Part shown: piece by piece, positions 43,372 to 51,066 of the stretch
Layout of the letters: every line of letters begins with the position of its first letter
How positions within the stretch are numbered: the stretch's first letter is position 1
NCBI GenBank assembly: GCA_964291285.2
Contig: OZ219785.1
Coordinates: 224,001-288,000, forward strand
DNA from: Alphaproteobacteria bacterium
GTDB lineage: Bacteria; Pseudomonadota; Alphaproteobacteria; Bin95
Length of the DNA: 64,000 nt
Direction: 5' to 3'
Program-made: the position numbers and the translations under genes
Notes under the pieces: generated by a model
Database searches by the model: none
The model's input: only the letters and a program-made list of their open reading frames with translations
Told to the model about the DNA's origin: nothing

Positions 43372-45717
43372 TCAGGCGGCCTGCCGGCGGCGTCGAAGCT
43401 GGGACAGTCCGACAAGGCCGAGCAACGCCATCCCGATAGGATAGACCAGCTCCTTGGGCGGCAGGCCCGTCTGCTCGATATCGACGCCGGTCACATAGTC
43501 GCCCCAATCCAGCCCGGCCCGCTCGGCCATGCCGTTGAAGGCCAGGTCGGCCACGGCATAGCGCCCGTCGTCTTCGCGCCCGATCCGGAGCCCGAAGGTT
43601 TCCGCGGGGCTGCCGGCCGGGTCTTCGGGGGTCTTCAGGGCGAACAATTTGTAGCGGTCCCCATAGTCGGTCTCGCGCGTCACATGCAGCCGGACATGCC
43701 GTTCCGGCACGGGCGCAAACCCACCCGAGACGAACGATTCGAAGTCGACCGGCTCATAGGGCGGTGCGACCTGGTCCATGAAGAAGCCGGGGCGGAACAG
43801 CATGAAGCAGGCCACGGCGAGCAGCGCTCCCTCGTACCACCTGACCCGGACCAGCATCCAGCCCTGGGTAAGCGAGCTGAATGCCAGAATGGCGAACAGC
43901 GACATGAGCACGACAAGGGCTCCGTGCCAGATGTTGTCGATGCCGATCAGCAGCAATTCGGTGTTGAACAGGAACACAAGCGGCAGGACAGCGGTGCGGA
44001 TGTCGTAGAGGAAAGACTGCACGCCGGTCTTCAACGGGTCCGCCCGGGAGATGGCGGAGGCCGCGAATGCCGCGAGGCACACGGGCGGCGTCGAATCCGC
44101 CAGCAGCCCGTAATAGAAAACGTAGAGGTGGACGGCGATCAGCGGCAGGACGAGGCCGGAAGCGCTGCCGAGCTCCACCAGCACGCCGCCGAGCAGGGAG
44201 GCGACGACCAGGTAGTTTGCGGTCGTCGGCAGCCCCATGCCGAGCACGATGCAAAGCACGGCGGTCAGTCCCAGAAGGACATAGACATTGCTGCCGGCAA
44301 TGGCCTCGACGACGCCGACCATGGCGTTGTTGAGGCCGGTCGATGACACCGCGCCCACAATGACGCCCGCGGCGGCCACGGCTACGGCAATCCCGATCAT
44401 ATTGCGGGCGCCTGCGACCATGCCGGCATAGATCTCGGCGAGCCCCTGCGCCACGGCGTCGATGACGGCGACGCCGTCTCCCCGTATTGCCCCGGCGATC
44501 CGGCGGACGAGGATGATCCCCATGAGGGAGAGGATGGAATAGAACACCGCGCTGTGCGCACTCCAGCGCTCCACCATCAACAGATAAACGAGGATCACGA
44601 TGGGGATGAGGTAGTGCAGGCCGCTCAGGAAGGTCGTCCGGAGCGGCGGGACCTCGGCGGCGGGCAGCCCGGAAAGCCCCAGCTTCTGCGCCTCGAGGTG
44701 GGAAATGTAGAACAGCGCGATATAGCTGAGGGCAGCCGGGATTGCCGCCGCTATCACCACATCGACATAGGAGATGCCGATGAACTCGGCGATGATGAAC
44801 GCCGCCGCGCCCATGATCGGCGGCATGATCTGGCCGTTCGTCGATGCCGCGACCTCGATGGCGCCCGCCTTGACCGCCGGCATGCCGATCCGGCGCATGA
44901 CGGGAATCGTGAAGGTGCCCGTGGTGACGACGTTGGCGATCGACGAGCCCGAAATCATGCCCGTCATGCCCGAGGCGAGGATCGCCCCCTTGGCCGGGCC
45001 GCCGCTGTATCGGCCCACCATGGCGAAGGAAAGCGCGAGGAAATACTGCCCGGCCCCTGCCTTGTCGAGCAGCGCACCGAACAGCACGAACAGGAAAACG
45101 AAACTGACCGAGACGCTCAACGGGATGCCGAAAACGGCCTCTCCAGTCAGCCACTGGTAGCCGATCAGCCGGTTCAGGCTGAGCCCCTTGTGCGAGACGA
45201 TGTCTGGCATCACCTGGCCGAAGATCGAATAGACCAGGAAGACGAGGCAGACGATGACCAGCGGCGTGCCGACCGCCCGGCGCGCGGCCTCGAGCAGCAG
45301 CACGATGCCGATGCCGCCGAGAATCGCCTCGACCGGCACGCCGTTCCAGACATGGAGCACGCCCTGCCGGGCAACGAGGCCGTCCCATCCGAAGAACAGG
45401 TAAAGGGCGGCGAGGCAGCCGAGAAGGGCGCAGGCGACGTCATGGAAGGGCAGGTCGTGCCCTGCCCGGCCGCGCGACGCCGGGTAGATCAGGAAGCACA
45501 GCAACAGGGCGAAAGACAGATGAATGCCGCGGGCGGGAACATCGCCAATGACCGCGAAGTCGAGCATGAACGGGAAAGGAGAGGCGATCCACAGCTGGTA
45601 GATCGACCAGGCGAAACAGATTGCGCTGACCGCTACGGCGAGCCGCGGTCCTTGCCGGCGGCCCTGGAATTCCACGTCCTCCAGGGTCTTGTCGGTATCG
45701 GCAGGCGGCTTCGCCAT
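43372..45717 (-). CDS. TRAP transporter fused permease (4TM/12TM)
   Basis: GGPAKGAI, SGSSIANVVTTG, GQIMPPIMGAAAF, GMGLPTTANY, TPPVCLAAFAA. Confidence 0.93.
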   Translation of the reverse strand: MAKPPADTDKTLEDVEFQGRRQGPRLAVAVSAICFAWSIYQLWIASPFPFMLDFAVIGDVPARGIHLSFALLLCFLIYPASRGRAGHDLPFHDVACALLGCLAALYLFFGWDGLVARQGVLHVWNGVPVEAILGGIGIVLLLEAARRAVGTPLVIVCLVFLVYSIFGQVMPDIVSHKGLSLNRLIGYQWLTGEAVFGIPLSVSVSFVFLFVLFGALLDKAGAGQYFLALSFAMVGRYSGGPAKGAILASGMTGMISGSSIANVVTTGTFTIPVMRRIGMPAVKAGAIEVAASTNGQIMPPIMGAAAFIIAEFIGISYVDVVIAAAIPAALSYIALFYISHLEAQKLGLSGLPAAEVPPLRTTFLSGLHYLIPIVILVYLLMVERWSAHSAVFYSILSLMGIILVRRIAGAIRGDGVAVIDAVAQGLAEIYAGMVAGARNMIGIAVAVAAAGVIVGAVSSTGLNNAMVGVVEAIAGSNVYVLLGLTAVLCIVLGMGLPTTANYLVVASLLGGVLVELGSASGLVLPLIAVHLYVFYYGLLADSTPPVCLAAFAASAISRADPLKTGVQSFLYDIRTAVLPLVFLFNTELLLIGIDNIWHGALVVLMSLFAILAFSSLTQGWMLVRVRWYEGALLAVACFMLFRPGFFMDQVAPPYEPVDFESFVSGGFAPVPERHVRLHVTRETDYGDRYKLFALKTPEDPAGSPAETFGLRIGREDDGRYAVADLAFNGMAERAGLDWGDYVTGVDIEQTGLPPKELVYPIGMALLGLVGLSQLRRRRQAA

Positions 45718-45791
45718 GATCGGACCGCCGTTTCCCGCTGCCGCAAGGCTGGAGCGCGCCCGGCCGCTGCCCTGCGGGGCGACAGATGGTC

Positions 45792-45829
45792 AAAAAGAGA
45801 CGGCCGGCGCCCGCTCGGGGCGCCGGCCG
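45792..45829 (-). terminator. Rho-independent terminator/attenuator between the TAXI gene and the permease
   Basis: 12-bp stem cggccggcgccc/gggcgccggccg followed on the minus strand by tctcttttt. Confidence 0.65.
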
Positions 45830-45842
45830 CCAGAGGCTGAGG

Positions 45843-46841
45843 CTATTTCACCAGGCCTTTTTCCTTGTAGTACTTCTCGGCGCCGGAATGCAGGGGCGCG
45901 GAGAGTCCGTCCATCGTCATGTTCGCCGGATCGAGATTGGCGAAGGCGGGATGCAGGGACCGGAAGTCGTCGAGGTTCTCCATCACCGCGCGGGTAACCT
46001 CATAGACCACCTGCTCGGGCACATTCTCATGCGTGACAAAGGTTGCCATGACGCCGAAGGTCGTCACGTCCTCGGCGGTCGTCTTGTAGGTGCCCGCCGG
46101 GATCGTCGCGAACGCATAGTAGGGATTCTCCGCGACCAGCTTCTTCTCGACATCGCTGTTGAGGTTGACGATGTAGGCTCCGCACCCGTCGGTTGCCACG
46201 GCAACGCCCGCATTCGGCACGCCGACCGTGTAGCCGTAGGCGTCGATCTTGCCGTCGCAGAGCGCCTGGGACTGTTCGGACGAGGTCAGCTCGGTTGCCA
46301 CCGCCAGGTCATCCGCGCTCATGCCGTGGCCTTCCATCAGCACCTCGGTCGTGCCGCGCTGGCCCGAGCCGGGATTGCCGATATTCATCCGCTTGCCCTT
46401 GGCGTCGGTGAAGGAGCCGATGCCGGAGCCGTCGGCGGCGATCAGGTGGAAGGGCTCGGGATGGACCGAGAAGACAGCCCGCAGGCCGGGGCAATTCGTG
46501 ACCTTCTCCGAACTGCCGTTGACCGCGTGGAACTGCCAGTCGGACTGGGCGACGCCGAATTCGAGCTCGCCCGCGCAGATCTGGCCGATATTGTAAGTCG
46601 AACCGCCGGTGGACGGGGCGGCGCAGCGGATACCGTGCTTGCGGCCCTTCTTCCGGCCTTCCGCGGCTTCCTTGTGGACCATGCGGCATACGGAGTTGCC
46701 GACCACGAAATAGACGCCCGTCGGGCCGCCCGTGCCGATGGAGATGAATTGTTTGTCCTGGGCCGCGGCATCACCCGCGGCGAAGCTGGCGCCAACCAGG
46801 GCGGCGGCCGCCAGCGCAGTTGTGGGGATGAACTTTCTCAT
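45843..46841 (-). CDS. TAXI family TRAP solute-binding protein
   Basis: ISIGTGGPTGVYF, STGGSTYN, VAQSDWQFHA, NIGNPGSGQR, APLHSGAEKYYKE. Confidence 0.93.
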   Translation of the reverse strand: MRKFIPTTALAAAALVGASFAAGDAAAQDKQFISIGTGGPTGVYFVVGNSVCRMVHKEAAEGRKKGRKHGIRCAAPSTGGSTYNIGQICAGELEFGVAQSDWQFHAVNGSSEKVTNCPGLRAVFSVHPEPFHLIAADGSGIGSFTDAKGKRMNIGNPGSGQRGTTEVLMEGHGMSADDLAVATELTSSEQSQALCDGKIDAYGYTVGVPNAGVAVATDGCGAYIVNLNSDVEKKLVAENPYYAFATIPAGTYKTTAEDVTTFGVMATFVTHENVPEQVVYEVTRAVMENLDDFRSLHPAFANLDPANMTMDGLSAPLHSGAEKYYKEKGLVK

Positions 46842-47486
46842 GGCATCTGCTCCTCTGCAGTGTCGTCTGCACAACGGTAAACGCGGAATGCGACAGATCT
46901 CTTTCGGTCTTGCCTCGCTTGTCGGCGCAGGGCGTACTCCCGGAACATCAGGAGCAACACGTCTTCGGGTCGAGTGAGCCTTCGCCGGGGATTCGGGAAA
47001 AGGCGGAAGTCACGTCGCCGGCTCGCGTCGCAATGACCGTCGGTATCATAGTTAGGCATAGCGGTATGAAAAAGGGGGCGGCCGTGCGGTGCAGTCCAAC
47101 CGGCCTTGCCGTCGGTGCCTATCCGGTGCGAACACCGCCTCCTCTTTGTCGGCGCGCCGGCCGATCAGCAGGTTCATGCCGTCGCCGGCACCCTCCGGCG
47201 GGAAAACCTCCTCCCGCTCGTTCTCCCCGAAGTCATCTCCGGTGCTCCTCGTCACTGATGCGTTCGTGACCGGGCAGCATGGAGGAGGACGAGGGGGTAT
47301 TCATCTCTCGTGACAGGCCGCGGCGGGCGACATGACAGACTCTACTGTCGTTAAGCACCCGGCTCTGACCCTTCATGATTGAATGCAATCAATCGCTTAT
47401 GGCGCTGATCGGCGTCCAAGCACCGCGCCGGGCAACACCTTTGGGCGATTTCGAACGCCAAGGTGTTGTTGGACCGAGTCGATGCT

Positions 47487-47711
47487 CTAGAGAACCGCCC
47501 GAAACGCCGCCGCGTCACCCATTCCGGGCTGCGATTGCCCATCCCGGACGACCCGGAAGAGGGGTGCCCCGGTGAGCGCGCGGGCACTCTCCTCCGCTTC
47601 GCTGAGCACGGTGTCGAGGGTGGCGTTGATGCGCGGGATGGCCACGTTTAGGGTGGAGATGGGCCCGCACAGCGTCCGGTTCTCCCGCCTCGCGTCGTCG
47701 GACTGCGTCAG
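47487..47711 (-). pseudogene. Possible remnant of a GAF-domain sensor protein N-terminus
   Basis: Minus-strand translation ...IPRINATLDTVLSEAEESARALTGA... resembles the helix that opens GAF domains; no proper start codon, early stop. Confidence 0.3.
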
Positions 47712-47734
47712 GGCACCTCCCTTTCCGATCTAGC

Positions 47735-48031
47735 TCATTTTTATTGAAACGACATCATAAAATCGATTGCTCACACGTACATTTTACACATGATGTTCTA
47801 CAGTCGAGCAGAATTGGCTTGCTGGTTCGACGAAACGGAATGCTGCGGGGTCGGCAGCCGGTGCATGTCGTGCTGGATACTGCGCCAGCGCGGCTTCCTT
47901 GAGGCGGCGGAACCGGATGCTTCGCCGCTGGCGTTGCAACTGCGTGAGGTTCCCATATTCGCAGACAATCTCGGCAACGAGCCACGAACCGGGGTGGCTC
48001 CCGGCCCCGCGTCGCCTCCGACCGCCGCAAG
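47735..48031 (+). repeat. Left arm of the 297-bp inverted repeat enclosing the RiPP island
   Basis: Reverse complement of 61945-62241 with three mismatches found by eye; AT-rich outer end. Confidence 0.93.
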
Positions 48032-48052
48032 CAAGTCGGGCGAGGCGCCGTC

Positions 48053-49171
48053 ATGAACTTCGAAGAGGGACTGGTTGTCACGCAGGAGCGCCTTTCCCGC
48101 GAGGCAGGTTCCCTGGGGGAATTGCTTGCACGGCTGCGCGGCCGTATTTCCTCCGTGCTGATCGGAGACCGGGAATGGGAGCAGCTCCTGGAACGCGCCC
48201 GGGAGCTCCCCGCCGCCATGGCCGCCTTGCCCTTCGGCTTCGAACTGCCGCTGCACGAACGCCGTCCGGGAGCCGACCTCGGCGTATCGGTAGTCGGCGG
48301 AACCGGATCGGCCGTGTATTTCGAAAACATGGTCCGGTCCGGAAACGAAGATCCGGTCGTCTCCGGAATCGTAGGGCTGCTGCGCGAGACGGAGCGGGAT
48401 GACTCTCATCTCGGTCAGGTCATCGGCCGCAAGATGATGCTCGAATACGACGTCTGGTCAGCGCCAGGCGGCACGCGCCCGGCCCCGGGGATCTTCCTGC
48501 GGCCGGCCGAACGGCCCATCGCGGGCGATGGCGATGCGGGGCGGATTCGGGATATCGGTGTCGTGCTGGCGGCCTTGGCCTCCGCCGCGGGGTGGAACCT
48601 CGATGCTGCCGAGCGCCGGTTGACCGAGCGCGTTCACCTGGCGCAGCCGGCGGATACGCGCATCGATTCCTTCGGCGTGTTTCCCGCGCGCGAACAAGCC
48701 ATCCGGCTGGCGGTAACCGGTTTTCGGTCTCTGCACGACGTCGCGGCGTTTCTGGAGCGCGCCGGCTGGCGCGGGGGAACGGTCCTCTCCACTGCGTCCG
48801 GTCTCGAACAACGCGGCGGCTTTGCGAGCCTCGGGGCCCACATCGACGTACGGGCCGACGGCCCGGGTCCTTCGCTCGGGCTGAGTTTCCTCGCGAAGCA
48901 CCGAATAGCCAACGACCCGAGCTATTGGCTGGACTGCCCCGATCAGTGGACAACCTTCCTGGATGGGTTGCGTCGGGAAGAACTTGCCGTCCCGGAGAAA
49001 CTGGATGCGCTGGCCGCATGGTCGCCGGGTCCGACGACATTGTTCGGTGCGTCCGGGGCATTCGTGCTGGTGCGGGGCATTCACCATATAAAGCTCGTGC
49101 TGACCGGGGACCGGGTCGCGCAAGTCAAGGCCTACCTTTTCATGGCGATGACCGCCGCGCCACCCCCCTAG
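48053..49171 (+). CDS. Uncharacterised 372-aa protein; candidate ABBA-fold peptide/aromatic prenyltransferase
   Basis: Clean ORF; spaced motifs FGFELPL, ADLGVS, MLEYD, IRLAV, LGLSF, W..FLD.L, HHIKLV, VKAYL; functional call is inference from motifs only. Confidence 0.45.
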   Translation: MNFEEGLVVTQERLSREAGSLGELLARLRGRISSVLIGDREWEQLLERARELPAAMAALPFGFELPLHERRPGADLGVSVVGGTGSAVYFENMVRSGNEDPVVSGIVGLLRETERDDSHLGQVIGRKMMLEYDVWSAPGGTRPAPGIFLRPAERPIAGDGDAGRIRDIGVVLAALASAAGWNLDAAERRLTERVHLAQPADTRIDSFGVFPAREQAIRLAVTGFRSLHDVAAFLERAGWRGGTVLSTASGLEQRGGFASLGAHIDVRADGPGPSLGLSFLAKHRIANDPSYWLDCPDQWTTFLDGLRREELAVPEKLDALAAWSPGPTTLFGASGAFVLVRGIHHIKLVLTGDRVAQVKAYLFMAMTAAPPP

Positions 49172-49216
49172 ACGAGTATCGGCCGGGCGTCACCCGCACC
49201 CGATATCCACAGCCGG

Positions 49217-50107
49217 ATGGAGAGCAAATTGCCCCGACCGCACGATGTCGATCACATGCGCGCCGTCGAGCGCCACTACACCAGCATGACCGAGAAGTTC
49301 TATCTGAACGGCTGGAACCGGGACCATAATCATCTCGGGCTGTTCGAGCCGGGAGAACTGCCCCCGCCGGGCCAGAAGCCCCGGCATTCGGCAGGAGTAG
49401 CAAGGGCGGTGGAACGCATGATCGACGTCGTGGCCGGACCTGCCGCGATTGCGGAACACCATCATGTGGTGGATGCCGGATGCGGCGTTGGCGGTACCGC
49501 CATTCATCTCGCAAAAGCACATGGTTGCAGGGTCACCGGCGTGAACATCAACCGGCTCCAACTGGAGATCGCGCAGAAGAAAGCGATGGATGCGGGCGTT
49601 GCCGACCGGGTCGGCCTCGAATATGCGGACTGCTGCCGGAGCCTGCCCTTTGCCGACAATACAATCGACGTCGTGGTCAACATCGAAAGCGCCTGCCACT
49701 ACAGCGACCGGGAACGATTTCTCCGCGAGGTCCATAGAATCCTCAAGCCCGGCGGAAAAATCGTTGCGATGGACTGGATGGCGCGGGACCGTCTGTCGAC
49801 CGAACAGTACGACCGGTTCATCCGGCCGGTCTGCCAGTCATGGGCGATGGTCAGTCTGGAATGCCAGGCCACCTACACCGCCAAGCTGCAGGAGGCGGGC
49901 CTGGAGATCGTGGAGTTCGAGGGTTTCGGCGGGAAGGAAATGGACAACCTGAAAATCATCGAGAACGACTATCGCAACCTTACGCTCATGTATTTCGGCG
50001 GATTCGGGACGCCGCCGTTTCTTGAGCTGATGGAGGGGATCGGCAGACTGTACGCGGCCTGGCGAGACGGTTATTTCGAGATCAGGCGCTATTGTGCGCA
50101 GAAGTGA
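49217..50107 (+). CDS. SAM-dependent methyltransferase (sterol/tocopherol/prenyl C-methyltransferase-like)
   Basis: HNHLGLF, VVDAGCGVGGTA, VTGVNIN, LPFADNTIDVV.NIESACHY, RILKPGG. Confidence 0.88.
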   Translation: MESKLPRPHDVDHMRAVERHYTSMTEKFYLNGWNRDHNHLGLFEPGELPPPGQKPRHSAGVARAVERMIDVVAGPAAIAEHHHVVDAGCGVGGTAIHLAKAHGCRVTGVNINRLQLEIAQKKAMDAGVADRVGLEYADCCRSLPFADNTIDVVVNIESACHYSDRERFLREVHRILKPGGKIVAMDWMARDRLSTEQYDRFIRPVCQSWAMVSLECQATYTAKLQEAGLEIVEFEGFGGKEMDNLKIIENDYRNLTLMYFGGFGTPPFLELMEGIGRLYAAWRDGYFEIRRYCAQK

Positions 50108-50196
50108 GAAACCGTCCGCCGGCCCTGCGCAACCGGCTTTCCATCTGCGTGCGACCGCGAAGACGGACGCCGAGGGCTCCGTGACGCAGATCCGAT

Positions 50197-51066
50197 CTAG
50201 GGAGCCCTCCGGCCCGACAGGAGCCGGTAGGTGAACGCGCCGCGGCGCAGCCCCTCATCGAAATCCAGCGCTGCCTGCATGAAGTCGAGCCATGGTCGCC
50301 GCTCCTCGCCCGGGTGAGGATTCGCAAACCGGTACAGAAGCCAGCTTGCCCTGGTTGCCTGCGCCGATGGCGCCACCTCCGCATCCAGCTTCCTTGCCTC
50401 CCCGCCCTCAAGTTCCGCTTTTTCGAGGTCTGCAAGCGCCTGGCGCCATGTGACGAGCGGCGGCATGCGGAAGCCCTGCTGCATCCTTGCGTGGACCTCT
50501 TCCAGTTTCGGAGAAAGCGGCCGGCCGCTCAGCAACCCTTCCAGGGCCTGCCACCGCCCCCCGGGCTTGAGCACCCGGCGGACGCCTCGAAGATACGCAA
50601 CCTTGTCGGGCGCGTAGCAGAAGGACTCGTGGTTGATCACGGCGTCGAAACTCGCATCGGCGAACGGCAGGTCCATGAAGTCCCCGTGGAGAAACTCGAC
50701 CAGATGGCCGACCCCTCGTCGCTCCGCCTGCTTTGCCGCTACGGCGACATGCGGTTCGCAGTTGGTCAATCCCGTGACGTTGACCCCGTGCGTTTCAGCC
50801 AGGTAGATCGCCGTACCCCCCACGCCGCAGCCGGCATCCAGCCAATGCGCTCCCGGCTCCAGGTTGCATCCCTCGGCCAGCACCCGGTTGGCCCGCAACA
50901 GGGCTTCGCGGTCCGTCCCGGTGTCCGGGCCCCAAAGCCCGAAATGGCACGCCAGCAGGTCCCCGTTCGACACAATCATCGCCGGCGTTATTGCCGTGTA
51001 GAGGTCGGGGACGGACAGCTCCGTCTGCGCCTCCCCGGACGATCGGCTGGAAGCGCCGCCGGTCAT
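50197..51066 (-). CDS. SAM-dependent methyltransferase (second copy of the same class)
   Basis: CHFGLW, WLDAGCGVGGTAIYLA, LPFADASFDAVINHESFCY, RVLKPGG; ATGA overlap with the MMPL stop. Confidence 0.88.
   Translation of the reverse strand: MTGGASSRSSGEAQTELSVPDLYTAITPAMIVSNGDLLACHFGLWGPDTGTDREALLRANRVLAEGCNLEPGAHWLDAGCGVGGTAIYLAETHGVNVTGLTNCEPHVAVAAKQAERRGVGHLVEFLHGDFMDLPFADASFDAVINHESFCYAPDKVAYLRGVRRVLKPGGRWQALEGLLSGRPLSPKLEEVHARMQQGFRMPPLVTWRQALADLEKAELEGGEARKLDAEVAPSAQATRASWLLYRFANPHPGEERRPWLDFMQAALDFDEGLRRGAFTYRLLSGRRAP

Noticed and set aside
47052-47255. 67-aa minus-strand ORF upstream of the TAXI gene
   Set aside because: No recognisable motif; cannot be supported as a gene
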